From: Clostridiales bacterium
GTDB taxonomy: Bacteria; Bacillota; Clostridia; Christensenellales; Aristaeellaceae
DNA length: 64,000 bases
NCBI GenBank assembly: GCA_004556395.1
Contig: SFHK01000012.1
Span: forward strand, 5,299-69,298
Reading direction: 5' to 3'
Shown: positions 44,527 to 53,845 of the stretch, one piece after another
How positions within the stretch are numbered: position 1 is the first letter of the stretch
How the letters are laid out: each line of letters starts with the position of its first letter
The notes under the pieces: generated by a model
What the model saw: the letters and a program-made list of their open reading frames with translations, nothing else
Databases searched by the model: none
What the model was told of the DNA's origin: nothing
Program-made: the position numbers and the translations under genes

Positions 44527-45672
44527 TCAGGCTTCCCTGTTCAGCAGTTTCCACGCGTTTTCCGCAACCACGCGCTCCTCGTCGGCCGGGATCACGAACA
44601 CAGCCGTTCGTCCCCGGCCGATCATGCGCTCGTTTGCAAGATTCTTCGACTCGTCGATTTCAACGCCGAGGAAGCCGAGCGACTCGCAGATTTCCCGCCG
44701 GGATGCCGCGTCGTTTTCGCCGATGCCGCCGGTGAACGCCAGCGCGTCCAGTCCGCCCATTTCCGCGGCAAACGCGCCGATATAGCGGCGCACATCGCTG
44801 GTGAACACGCGAATCGCCAGCGCCGCGCGCTCGTTCCCCCGCCCTGCCGCCGCGCGAAGGTCACGCATATCTCCGCTCATTCCCGCGATTCCGGCCAGAC
44901 CGCCCTTCTTTTCAAGCCCGGCCAGAACCTCGTCATACGGCATGCCCTCGCGCAGAAGGAACGGCATGATATATGGGTCGATGTCTCCCGCGCGGTTCAC
45001 ATGCGTCACACCCGCCTGAAGCGAAAGGCCAAACGACGTATCGACGCTTTTCCCATCCCTTATAGCGCAGATCGAGCTGCTTCCACCCAGATGGCAGGAC
45101 ACGACGCGCGAATAGCCCGCCAGCTGCGAAGCGATATGGGAATGCGACGCGCCGTGATAGCCCATGCGCGCCACGCCGTATTTTTCATACCACTCATACG
45201 GCACGCCGTACACGCGCCGGTGGAATGGCACCGTCCGGTGAAACGCTGTCTCAAACGACGCTACGTGCACCGCGTTCGGCGCAAGCCTTTGAAACGCCTC
45301 GATCGCGCCGATATAGGCGCGGTTATGCACCGGCGCGACGGACAGAAACGCGCGCATGCCGTCCATCACGTTCTCGTCGATCACGTGCACGCCCGGGAAG
45401 CCCTTCGAGAGCACGGCCTTATACGCCACCGCGTCCACGTCCTCCGCGCCGCCGAGATCGCGAAGGAAGCGCTCGATGCCCTCCTCATAGGTGCGCGCCC
45501 GCGCCTTGTCGTCCGTTACCCTGCGGCCGTCCGCGCTTTCAAAGAAATAAAGGCTCCCCGCCTCCGCGCCGACGCGCTCCACCCTGCCGCGCGCCAGTAC
45601 CGTTTCCTCCGGAAACGCGTATACCTTGAATTTCAGCGACGTGCTGCCCGCGTTGCAAACCAGTATCTTCAT
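44527..45672 (-). CDS. acetate/propionate-family kinase
   Basis: Start at M60 of the track ORF (MKILVCNAGSTSLKFKVY, GGAGGAAAAG RBS). 381 aa with ASKHA fold motifs (NAGSTSLK, MGYHGASH, FTGGIGEN). Confidence 0.85.
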   Translation of the reverse strand: MKILVCNAGSTSLKFKVYAFPEETVLARGRVERVGAEAGSLYFFESADGRRVTDDKARARTYEEGIERFLRDLGGAEDVDAVAYKAVLSKGFPGVHVIDENVMDGMRAFLSVAPVHNRAYIGAIEAFQRLAPNAVHVASFETAFHRTVPFHRRVYGVPYEWYEKYGVARMGYHGASHSHIASQLAGYSRVVSCHLGGSSSICAIRDGKSVDTSFGLSLQAGVTHVNRAGDIDPYIMPFLLREGMPYDEVLAGLEKKGGLAGIAGMSGDMRDLRAAAGRGNERAALAIRVFTSDVRRYIGAFAAEMGGLDALAFTGGIGENDAASRREICESLGFLGVEIDESKNLANERMIGRGRTAVFVIPADEERVVAENAWKLLNREA

Positions 45673-45703
45673 ATTCTTTTCCTCCGGTTGGTTTTCCACC
45701 ATC

Positions 45704-45732
45704 AGTATACCAATCTTTTGGCGCGTGCGCAA
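45704..45732 (-). promoter_or_regulatory. sigma-70-type promoter of the kinase gene
   Basis: Minus strand TTGCGC, 17 nt, TATACT. Confidence 0.5.
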
Positions 45733-45739
45733 GTTTTGC

Positions 45740-45768
45740 TTGCGCGGATTTTGCGCGCGTGTTATACT
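45740..45768 (+). promoter_or_regulatory. sigma-70-type promoter of the nitroreductase gene
   Basis: TTGCGC, 17 nt, TATACT. Its -35 hexamer is the inverted partner of the divergent promoter's -35. Confidence 0.5.
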
Positions 45769-45808
45769 AATCCATGAATCAGATACATTTTCAGGGAGGG
45801 AAACGGAC

Positions 45809-46327
45809 ATGTACGAAGTATTGAAAGCCATTGCCGACCGGCGCTCCATTCGCAGCTATACCGACGAACCCGTAAGCGACGAGATGCTCAAGAAGCTGAT
45901 TGACGCCGCCGAGCAGGCGCCCAGCGCCATGAACCGCCAGCCGATTCATTTCACATTCGTTCGCGACAAAGCGATTCTAAAGGCTTTCTCGGACGAAGCG
46001 CGCGCGCATCTGTCCGACCCGTCCATGGACATCCTGCGCGGCTCGAAGCTCGTGTGCTTCCTGTTCGCCGAGATTCCCGGCGTGTTCACGCCCATCGACG
46101 CGGGCATCGCCGTGGAGAACCTCGCGCTGGCCGCGCATGATCTGGAACTGGGCAGCGTCATTCTGGGCATGCCCCGCGAAGCCTTTACCGGCGACCGCGC
46201 GGCCTACTGGTATGAAACGCTCCACGCGCCCGCGGGCAGCGAGTTCGCCATCGCCATCGGCATCGGCCACCCCGCCGCGAGCAAGGAAGCGCACCCTGTG
46301 CGCGAGGGCCTAATCACCATTCTATAA
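45809..46327 (+). CDS. nitroreductase-family protein
   Basis: ATG 45809 follows GGGAGGG. MYEVLKAIADRRSIRSYTDEPVSDEMLKKLIDAAEQAPSAMNRQP is the classic nitroreductase N-terminus. Confidence 0.85.
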   Translation: MYEVLKAIADRRSIRSYTDEPVSDEMLKKLIDAAEQAPSAMNRQPIHFTFVRDKAILKAFSDEARAHLSDPSMDILRGSKLVCFLFAEIPGVFTPIDAGIAVENLALAAHDLELGSVILGMPREAFTGDRAAYWYETLHAPAGSEFAIAIGIGHPAASKEAHPVREGLITIL

Positions 46328-46351
46328 GCACACAGAAGGAGAGATTCGTTC

Positions 46352-47491
46352 ATGATCGAATATCGTTTTGCCGCGCCGGAGCACCGCGCCGACCTGATCG
46401 ATTTTATCAACTATGTGTTCTCCCAGAACTCGGTTCCCCACGATTTCAAAACGCTGATTCCGAAGGTCTACGCCGACGGACGCGGCTATGACGGCATTCA
46501 CGCCATCGTGCTGGACGACGGGCGCGTGAAGGGCGTTGTGGGACAGTATCCGGTTCACGCGTCCTTCGGCGGCGCGCCGCTGGAAATCGGCTATATCGGT
46601 TCCGTCTCCACGCATCCCTACGCGCGCGGCAGCGGCTACATGATTAAAATGATGGAAATGCAGGCCGAGCACGCGAAGGAAACCGGTATCGATGTGATGA
46701 TGCTGGGCGGCCAGCGCCAGCGATATGAATACTACGGCTACAGCCCCGTGGGCTGCCAGTATACCTATCAGGTAAACGCCGCGAACGTTCGTCACGCGCT
46801 CAGAAGTGTCGACGCGTCGACGGTTGGCTGGAAGCGCTTCGCAGACGCGGCGGAAGCGGAGATCGACCTTGCGTACCGCCTGTATCAGCAGCAGCCCATC
46901 ACGGGCGTGCGCAGCCGCGAGGATTTCGAGCTGATCATGCGCACGTGGCGTGCCGAGCCGTATCTGCTTCTGCACGAAGCGGAGGTTCTGGGCTATATGG
47001 TCGTGAGCGGCACGGATTCCGTATCCGAGCTGGTCGTTTCCGACGTAAGCTGCGTTCCCGCGCTGATCAAGGGCTGGTTCGCCGCAAACGGTCTCAAGAA
47101 TATGAGCTTCAGCGTGGCTGCCTTCGACACGGCGCTGAACCGCGTTCTTGCCGCGTTTGCGGAGGGGTATCAGGTATCCAACTGCACGCAGGCGCGCATC
47201 GTGAATCTCGCGAACGTGCTTCGCGCCTGCCTGACGCTCAAAATGCGCGCGGGCGCGCTCTCCGACGGCGAGGTCATCCTGCAGATGGACGACGAAGCGC
47301 CCGTGCTCGCGCGCGCGAAGGACGGCCAGATCACCGTGCAGGAGACGGACGCCGCGCCCAACGTGCACCTGCCGAGACTTGAAATGCAGCAGCTGCTCTT
47401 CGCGTCCAACCGCTTCGCCGCGCCCGACGTTTCCTGCCCCGTGGACTGGTTCCCGCTGCCGCTGTTCCTCTACGGCGCGGATCATTTTTAA
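46352..47491 (+). CDS. GNAT-family N-acetyltransferase (Eis-like, with C-terminal SCP2-like domain)
   Basis: 379 aa. Acetyl-CoA motif region IGSVSTHPYARGSGYMIKMM. Size and architecture are as in Eis-type enzymes. Confidence 0.7.
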   Translation: MIEYRFAAPEHRADLIDFINYVFSQNSVPHDFKTLIPKVYADGRGYDGIHAIVLDDGRVKGVVGQYPVHASFGGAPLEIGYIGSVSTHPYARGSGYMIKMMEMQAEHAKETGIDVMMLGGQRQRYEYYGYSPVGCQYTYQVNAANVRHALRSVDASTVGWKRFADAAEAEIDLAYRLYQQQPITGVRSREDFELIMRTWRAEPYLLLHEAEVLGYMVVSGTDSVSELVVSDVSCVPALIKGWFAANGLKNMSFSVAAFDTALNRVLAAFAEGYQVSNCTQARIVNLANVLRACLTLKMRAGALSDGEVILQMDDEAPVLARAKDGQITVQETDAAPNVHLPRLEMQQLLFASNRFAAPDVSCPVDWFPLPLFLYGADHF

Positions 47492-47494
47492 GCC

Positions 47495-48022
47495 ATGGTC
47501 GTCGAAACCGAGCGCCTGCTTCTTATTCCCCTCACGTCCGAGCAGCTGAGGCTCTGGATCTGTGACCTCGCCGCACTTGAGCGGACGCTTTCTTGTACCT
47601 ACCGCGGCATGCCGCTCGATACGGCGTTTACCGAGGATGGTTTCTCCTTCACCCTCGGCGATCTGGTTCAAGCGCAAGCGGAGCGCTGTGTCAACGCGTA
47701 TCCGTTCGGCACATACTGGTGGCTTGTGCGAAAAATCGATCTCACTGCCGTAGGTACGATCGATTTCAAAACAGCTCCGAACGAAGCCGGACAGGTTGAA
47801 ATCGGCTACGGTCTCTCCCCCGCCTTCGAACATCGCGGTTACATGACGGAAGCCGTTCGCGTCTTAACCGAATGGACTCTGAAGCAGCCCGGCGCAGCGA
47901 CTGTCGTCTCTCTGGTGGAAACGGACAATCGCCCGTCTCGAAGCGTCATGTCCCGTGCAGGTTTCCGCGAAACCTGCACGGAGGATGGCTTTTGCCGATA
48001 CGAATTCACGCGCAACCTTTGA
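47495..48022 (+). CDS. GNAT-family N-acetyltransferase (RimJ/RimL-like)
   Basis: 175 aa. TERLLLIPLT start and EIGYGLSPAFEHRGYMTEAV acetyl-CoA-binding block. Confidence 0.75.
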   Translation: MVVETERLLLIPLTSEQLRLWICDLAALERTLSCTYRGMPLDTAFTEDGFSFTLGDLVQAQAERCVNAYPFGTYWWLVRKIDLTAVGTIDFKTAPNEAGQVEIGYGLSPAFEHRGYMTEAVRVLTEWTLKQPGAATVVSLVETDNRPSRSVMSRAGFRETCTEDGFCRYEFTRNL

Positions 48023-48030
48023 AATTACAT

Positions 48031-48080
48031 AAAACGGAACCGGAAAAATGTTCAATCGTCCTTCTTTCCGGTTCCGTTTT
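48031..48080. terminator. bidirectional intrinsic terminator
   Basis: AAAACGGAACCGGAAA...TTTCCGGTTCCGTTTT, a perfect long hairpin flanked by A/T runs between convergent genes. Confidence 0.8.
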
Positions 48081-48090
48081 ATTATTTAAT

Positions 48091-48969
48091 TCATTTATTC
48101 CAGAAGTTCGGCGCGAACTCGCCGCCGCGGCACCATTTCAGGTAGCTGAGCGCATGCATCTGGCCGGTGCACTCCCAGTCGCCGCTGAACAGCGGGTCGT
48201 GATAACCCTCGATGCTGACGCAGCCCTTATAGCCCGCCATTTGCAGGATGGTGAAAATCTGCCGCCAGTCCGTATCGCCAAGGCCGGGGAAACGGGAAAT
48301 AATCGCGTGATTCCTGCCCATGAAGCCCTCGGACGCAAGCACGTCGCGGTTCACCGTCGCGTCCTTGCCGTGCACATGGAACACCTTGCCCGCGTATCTG
48401 CGCAGGTTCGCGATCGGGTCGATCAGCTGCGCGATCTGATGCGCGGGCTCCCATTCGAGTCCCAGCGCGTCCGACGGCACCGCGTCAAACATCATGTCCC
48501 ACGCGCGCGGGTTAAAGCCGATGTTGCAGGTGTTGTTCCTCCACGTGCCGCCCATCGGACAGTTCTCAATGGCGATGCGCACGCCCCTGTCCTCGGCGCG
48601 GCGCGCCAGCTCCCCGAACACCTCTTTGAAGCGCGGCATGGCCTCGTCCACCGACTTGCCCTCATACGCGCCCGCGAAGGTCGATACCGTGTCCGTGCCG
48701 AAATCGCGCGCCGCGTCGATGCACTCGCACAGCGTGTCAAAGTGGCTCTGCTGCTCCAGCGCGTTGCAATAAAAGCCCAGCGCGGAGATCTTCACGTTCT
48801 TTTCCTCGCTGAACGCCTTTACGCGCGGCGCCATCTCGCGCAGGTTCGCGTCCTTCAGCGTCATATGGAAGTTCACCGTGAAGCACTCAAAGCCCTTCCC
48901 GGCCAGCGGCGGCGCCCAGTCAAAAAACAAGTTTCCGGGAATGCAGGTTCCGACGGCAATCTGATTCAT
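48091..48969 (-). CDS. sugar phosphate isomerase/epimerase (xylose isomerase-like TIM barrel)
   Basis: Start at M18 (MNQIAVGTCIPGN, GGAGGGAG RBS). Typical AP_endonuc_2 family blocks (RIAIENCP, HVHGKD, VSIEGYHD). Confidence 0.8.
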   Translation of the reverse strand: MNQIAVGTCIPGNLFFDWAPPLAGKGFECFTVNFHMTLKDANLREMAPRVKAFSEEKNVKISALGFYCNALEQQSHFDTLCECIDAARDFGTDTVSTFAGAYEGKSVDEAMPRFKEVFGELARRAEDRGVRIAIENCPMGGTWRNNTCNIGFNPRAWDMMFDAVPSDALGLEWEPAHQIAQLIDPIANLRRYAGKVFHVHGKDATVNRDVLASEGFMGRNHAIISRFPGLGDTDWRQIFTILQMAGYKGCVSIEGYHDPLFSGDWECTGQMHALSYLKWCRGGEFAPNFWNK

Positions 48970-49048
48970 GATCTGTTTTCTCCCTCCGGACATATCTCTG
49001 TATGAAAGCAGCCGCCGCACCGGTTCGGAACGACGGCCGCATATTGGA

Positions 49049-50470
49049 TTAGTGGAGCACCGAAACGGCGTCGGCGATCGTCTTTTCGAGCGCCTCGCGA
49101 CCGTACTTGTCGACCTCCGCTTTGTTCTTCTCGCCGTGGGTCAGGCAGCCCGCGCCGCCGATGCAGCCGCCGACGCACGCCATACCCTCGACGAAATTGG
49201 CGTCGAGCACGTTTTTGCTCATCTTCAGAAGCGCCATGCGGCAGGCTTCAATGCCGTCGCACGAGCAGGCCTTCAGTTCAAAATCGATGTTCTGCTCCTT
49301 CAGACCCTCGGCCACCGCGTCCGCCAGACCGCCGCAGCGGGCGAAGATGCGGCCATAGTAGGACGCGTTGTCCAGCACGCCCTCTTCCAGCGTGGTAATG
49401 TCCAGATCGCGGCTGTCAAACAGCGCCTGCAGCTCTTCGAACGTCATGACCGCGTCGATATACGGGCGCACGGTATCCAGCTGCGCTTCCATCTTCTTCG
49501 CCGTGCACGGGCCGATGAACACGATCTTGGCGTTGTCCGTCGTTTCCTTTATATACTTGGCCAGCGTCGCCATCGGAGACAGGTTGCTGGAGATATACGG
49601 CACGAGCTTCGGGAACGCCTGCTGGATATACCTGACGAACGCCGGGCAGCAGGAGCTCGTGAGCCTGCCCTTTTCGGCCAGCTCGCGCGATTCCTTCTGC
49701 GCGACCATATCCGCGCCGAGCGCCGCCTCCACGACCGTGTGGAAGCCCAGCTCCTTGAGGCCGGTGATGACCTGCCCGAGCTTGGCATAGGTGAACTGAC
49801 TGGAAATGGACGGCGCGACCAGCGCGTACAGCTTGTAGTTCGCGCCGCAGTTGCTTTCCTTGATCAGCCTGATCACGTCCAGAATGAAGCTCTTGTCCAC
49901 AATCGCACCGAACGGGCACTGATACACGCACGCGCCGCAGGAGGTGCACTTGTCGTTGTCGATCACGGCGGCCTTGTTCTCGTTCACGGCGATAGCCTTG
50001 ACCTTGCAGGCGTTCTGACAGGGGCGAATGCGGTTGACGATGGCCGTGTACGGGCACACCTTCGCGCACGCGCCGCACTCCACGCACTTGGTCTTGTCGA
50101 TGTGCGCCACGTGCATATGGTCGAAAGAAATCGCCCCGCGGCGGCATACGTCTTCGCAGCGATGCGCCAGACAGCCTCGGCAGGCGTTCGTCACTTCGTA
50201 GCCGCCCACCGGACATTCATCACAGGCAATGTCGATGACCTCGATCACGTTGGGGTTCTCGCTCGACCCGCCCATGGCCATGCGCACGCGCTCGGCAAGA
50301 ATGGCGCGCTCCTTATACACGCAGCAGCGCATCGTCGGCGTGGTGCCGGGTACGATGGTATACGGGATTCGGGTGATGTTCTCAATCAGCTTATCGTCCC
50401 ATGCCAGCCGCGCCACTTCCCTAAGAACCTTGTATTTCAGATGCTGTACCTTGGTATCAAACTTGCGCAT
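49049..50470 (-). CDS. [FeFe] hydrogenase, catalytic-type (Cys-rich N-terminus plus 2x[4Fe-4S] plus H-domain; group B-like, HfsD/HydA2-like)
   Basis: H-cluster motifs L1 LTSSCCPAF, L2 IGPCTAKKME, L3 VEGMACVGGCIGGAG. Upstream are ferredoxin-type CxxCxxCxxxCP motifs. Confidence 0.85.
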   Translation of the reverse strand: MRKFDTKVQHLKYKVLREVARLAWDDKLIENITRIPYTIVPGTTPTMRCCVYKERAILAERVRMAMGGSSENPNVIEVIDIACDECPVGGYEVTNACRGCLAHRCEDVCRRGAISFDHMHVAHIDKTKCVECGACAKVCPYTAIVNRIRPCQNACKVKAIAVNENKAAVIDNDKCTSCGACVYQCPFGAIVDKSFILDVIRLIKESNCGANYKLYALVAPSISSQFTYAKLGQVITGLKELGFHTVVEAALGADMVAQKESRELAEKGRLTSSCCPAFVRYIQQAFPKLVPYISSNLSPMATLAKYIKETTDNAKIVFIGPCTAKKMEAQLDTVRPYIDAVMTFEELQALFDSRDLDITTLEEGVLDNASYYGRIFARCGGLADAVAEGLKEQNIDFELKACSCDGIEACRMALLKMSKNVLDANFVEGMACVGGCIGGAGCLTHGEKNKAEVDKYGREALEKTIADAVSVLH

Positions 50471-50485
50471 GGAAGCGTGCCTCCT

Positions 50486-51658
50486 CTAAAAGTAACTGAC
50501 CTTGATTCGCTTGCCCATCTTCCTCAGACACTCGGAAAGCTCCTTTACAAGGTTCATCTTGATGCTGAAGTTGATCGGCAGATCCGGGTTCTGGTGCGCC
50601 GGGTTAATGGCGCGTCCCACGAAGAAATTGATGTCCGTCGCCTCTTCAAACAGCAGGCGGCTGATCAGCGACGCGCCGTCGCGCTTCAGCGACCAGTGGG
50701 CGTAGCTTTCGTTGTCCTTCAGGTAGTCCTTCGCGTTTTCGAGCACCTTGTTGATCGTGATCACGCCCTCCGTGACCAGATCGACGCCCTCGATCTCCGC
50801 AATCGGCGGCACGTCGGATTCCTCGAAATTCAGCGTGGGGCGCAAAGGCTTGCCCAGATACTTCGCCGCGATAGTGGACGTGGTGCCGCCGCACACGATG
50901 TGCTTGCCCTCCTTGGAGAAGAACAGGCTCATCATGCGGTCGTTGTCGTCTCGGCTCGCCGGCGGGCCGAACAGGATGTTCATCGGCTCGCGCTTGCGGA
51001 TGCGCACGACACACGCCGTCGCATCGTCGCCGGGCTTATGGCCGTACAGCTTGTCGCATTCATCCACCAGAATCGTGGACAGCGTTTTCGCCGTATACCC
51101 CGCCGGAGCGATCGACTCCATGAAGGAGATAATGTCCTCGCGCTGCCAGCCGAAGTTGTACGCCACGCCGATGCCGGCGTGCGGGCAGCCGTCGGACATG
51201 GCGACGAAGATGTCGTTTTCCTTCAGCGTGACGACGGATTTGAAAATCTGCTTCCCGCCGATGGTCGTTTCCGTCTTGGGATAATCGTAGTTGGCGAAGT
51301 CGCGAATCAGAATCACGTGCGGATTGTCATACTGAATGATCTCCGCGCGCTCGTTGTTGATGATATGAATGATGGTGAACGTGGAATACGCCACGCCGCG
51401 CACGGAGCACACGGGCAGCGTGGCGGCGATGGTGCCGACGCAGTCCTCCAGCGAAAGCCCCTCCGCCATCATCGTGGAGATGATGGTGGAGGTCAGCGTG
51501 GACAGAATCGACGCCTTTACGCCGCTTCCCAGTCCGTCCGCCAGCACGACGATCACGGAGCTGTCGTTCTGCTCCACGATGTCCACATGGTCGCCGCACA
51601 GCTGCTCGCCGTAATGGTTCACGCTTTTGTAGCCGATATCCGCGCACAGATTATTCAT
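50486..51658 (-). CDS. PP2C/SpoIIE-family protein phosphatase (HfsC-like)
   Basis: GEQLCGDHVDIVEQNDSSVIVVLADGLGSGVKASILS is the SpoIIE/PP2C metal-binding block. It overlaps the HydS-like stop by 8 nt. Confidence 0.8.
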   Translation of the reverse strand: MNNLCADIGYKSVNHYGEQLCGDHVDIVEQNDSSVIVVLADGLGSGVKASILSTLTSTIISTMMAEGLSLEDCVGTIAATLPVCSVRGVAYSTFTIIHIINNERAEIIQYDNPHVILIRDFANYDYPKTETTIGGKQIFKSVVTLKENDIFVAMSDGCPHAGIGVAYNFGWQREDIISFMESIAPAGYTAKTLSTILVDECDKLYGHKPGDDATACVVRIRKREPMNILFGPPASRDDNDRMMSLFFSKEGKHIVCGGTTSTIAAKYLGKPLRPTLNFEESDVPPIAEIEGVDLVTEGVITINKVLENAKDYLKDNESYAHWSLKRDGASLISRLLFEEATDINFFVGRAINPAHQNPDLPINFSIKMNLVKELSECLRKMGKRIKVSYF

Positions 51659-53336
51659 TTGTGATCGACTCCTTCAGCTTCGTAAGCGCGATCTTGGTTT
51701 CCGCCGCGGTCTCGCCCAGCAGGGACGCGATTTCCTGAACGATGCGCATCTGCTTGTCGACGACCTTGTCGGCGATTTCCACCGTCTGACGGCTGATGCT
51801 TTCCTTCTTCTCGCGCTCGTTCTCCTCGTCGGTCACGTCGCGCATGATGCAGATCAGCAGCTTATACTCGCGGTCAAACAGAATCGTCTGCTCGACGTAG
51901 CGCTTGTATTCCGCCAGATACGTGCGCTGGTCGCGAATGCTGCGGCCGCTGTCGCGCACCTGCATGAAGGGAAGCGGGTCGAGAATGCGAACCACCTGGT
52001 CGCCCAGCACATCGGAGGTACTGCGGATATTCATGATGCGGCGCGCCGCCTGATTGATCTGCTGAACCTCCAGATTCTCGTTGAGCACAATCAGGCCGTT
52101 GGGCGTGTTGTTGACGATGCTGTCGGAAAAGCTTTCCGCCTTTTCCTTCAGATACGGCAGACACATGGCGATTTCGGCCTTGCCCTGATAAATGGCAATC
52201 GCCTTTTCGCGGCAGGTGTTGTAGCCGCAGGAGCCGCAGTTCAGCTCGTCCTCCTTGCGGGTCTTGCCCATCTGGCGCAGGATCGACTGAATCTCCTGCT
52301 CGTCGGGCGTCTTCGTGTGGCGGTCGATGTACTCGAAGCTCTTGTGAATCGCCATCTCCTCCGGCTGATCGACGTCAAAATCCTCGCTGCCGGCGTAGTT
52401 CACGATGGCCATATAATCCTGAACCGGCGCGCGATGGTATTTCTCCATGACCGGGCCGCCGATGCAGGAGCCGACGCACGCGGACATTTCGATGAAGCTG
52501 TGGTGCACCTTGCCGCTTTCAATGTCCTTCAGCGCGGCGATGCAGTTCTCCACGCCGTCCAGCGCCATATAGCGGTAGCCGGGCGCGTCCTGCTTCATGG
52601 TCTTGAGAATGCCGCCGGTCGTCGGGAAGAAGCGCGCGCGGCTCTTTTCGCTGGCCACACGGTGCTGACCGATCGAAATGTTCTTTTCTCTCAGCCACTC
52701 GGTAAGCTCCTCGAACGTAAGCACCGCGTCCACGATGTCCTTGTACTTCTGCGCCTCGTCCTTCTTGGCCACGCAGGGGCCGATGAACACCGTCTTGCAG
52801 CCCGGGTAACGCTTTTTCAGATCCAGACAGTGCGCCTGCATCGGGGAAACGACGTCGGCCAGATACGGCAAAAGCTGCGGGTAATACTTCTGAATCAGCA
52901 GGTTGATCGAATGGCAGCAGGAGGAAATCACGACGTCCCTGTCGCCTCTTTCGAGCATGTTTTCATACTCGGTTTTTACGATCGTCGCGCCGACGGCGGT
53001 CTCCTCCGCGCCGGCGAAGCCCAGCGCCTTCAGCGCCGCGTCCATATCCTCGATGCCGCAGTCGTCATAGTTGGCGGCGAAGGAGGGCGCCAGCGAAACG
53101 TATACCGGCTCCCTGCCCTGCAGAAGCACCTTCACGCGCTCGGTGTCGTTGACAATTTCCTTCGCGTTCTGCGGGCATACCACAAAGCAGTGGCCGCACA
53201 GGATGCACTCGTCGCCGATGATATGCGCCTGATTGCCGGAGAAGCGGATGGACTTCACCGGGCAATGCCGGATGCACTTGTAGCAGTTCTTGCAGTTGGA
53301 TTTCTTGAGCATCAAACAATCGGACACGCCTATCAT
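51651..53336 (-). CDS. sensory-type [FeFe] hydrogenase homologue with C-terminal PAS domain (HydS / HfsB-like, group C)
   Basis: N-terminal 2x[4Fe-4S]. The H-domain has altered motifs ISSCCHS, IGPCVAKKDE, EMSACVGSCIGGP. An extra CGSCGYNTC cluster and a PAS-like domain (NTPNGLIVLNENLEVQQINQAARRIM) follow. The exact start is uncertain (53336, GTG 53327 or ATG 53312). Confidence 0.85.
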   Translation of the reverse strand: MIGVSDCLMLKKSNCKNCYKCIRHCPVKSIRFSGNQAHIIGDECILCGHCFVVCPQNAKEIVNDTERVKVLLQGREPVYVSLAPSFAANYDDCGIEDMDAALKALGFAGAEETAVGATIVKTEYENMLERGDRDVVISSCCHSINLLIQKYYPQLLPYLADVVSPMQAHCLDLKKRYPGCKTVFIGPCVAKKDEAQKYKDIVDAVLTFEELTEWLREKNISIGQHRVASEKSRARFFPTTGGILKTMKQDAPGYRYMALDGVENCIAALKDIESGKVHHSFIEMSACVGSCIGGPVMEKYHRAPVQDYMAIVNYAGSEDFDVDQPEEMAIHKSFEYIDRHTKTPDEQEIQSILRQMGKTRKEDELNCGSCGYNTCREKAIAIYQGKAEIAMCLPYLKEKAESFSDSIVNNTPNGLIVLNENLEVQQINQAARRIMNIRSTSDVLGDQVVRILDPLPFMQVRDSGRSIRDQRTYLAEYKRYVEQTILFDREYKLLICIMRDVTDEENEREKKESISRQTVEIADKVVDKQMRIVQEIASLLGETAAETKIALTKLKESITNE

Positions 53337-53340
53337 TCCT

Positions 53341-53589
53341 TTACTTCAGTTTCGCCAGCACCTTTTCCTGGAAGAAGTCGCGAAAGCCTTCCTTGGTGAC
53401 GCCCGGGTAAACGTCGTCGTCTACGGTGATGGTGACGCCGTTGCGATTGCATCGGCCGGTGCAGAAGCTCCCTGCCAGCGTCACGTCTCTCTCCAGATGG
53501 TTATCCTCAATGGCCTTTTTCAGAAGGCCTACGATATCCATCGAGCCCTTCAGGTGACAGGAGCTGCCAACGCACACCTGGATGATCAT
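53341..53589 (-). CDS. thioredoxin-like [2Fe-2S] ferredoxin
   Basis: 82 aa. VCVGSSCHLKGS ... FCTGRCNRNG four-Cys pattern. Confidence 0.8.
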   Translation of the reverse strand: MIIQVCVGSSCHLKGSMDIVGLLKKAIEDNHLERDVTLAGSFCTGRCNRNGVTITVDDDVYPGVTKEGFRDFFQEKVLAKLK

Positions 53590-53831
53590 TATTTCACCTT
53601 CTCAAGCACGTTCTCTTTGAAAAACTCGTCCACGGTGTCGGGCGAGACGGAATAAATCTCGTCGCCGATCGCCACGCAGACGCCCTGCTGGCACTTGCCC
53701 ATGCAGAAGGTGCCGCCCAGCTCCACCTTGTCGGAAACGTTGTTCTCGGCAATCAGCTTCTGAAGCGAAGCGACGACCAGGCGGGAACCTTTCAGGTGAC
53801 AGGAGCTGCCGATGCAAACCGTGATTTTCAT
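53589..53831 (-). CDS. thioredoxin-like [2Fe-2S] ferredoxin (paralogue)
   Basis: Start at M7 (MKITVCIGSSCHLKGS; GAAGGAGG RBS). FCMGKCQQG second Cys pair. 1-nt overlap with the next gene. Confidence 0.8.
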   Translation of the reverse strand: MKITVCIGSSCHLKGSRLVVASLQKLIAENNVSDKVELGGTFCMGKCQQGVCVAIGDEIYSVSPDTVDEFFKENVLEKVK

Positions 53832-53845
53832 GAGAAGAACCTCCT

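Noticed and set aside
48968-51664. 898-aa plus-strand ORF
   Set aside because: - It is antisense to the hydrogenase and PP2C genes, whose motifs are clear.
- Its composition is that of a shadow ORF.
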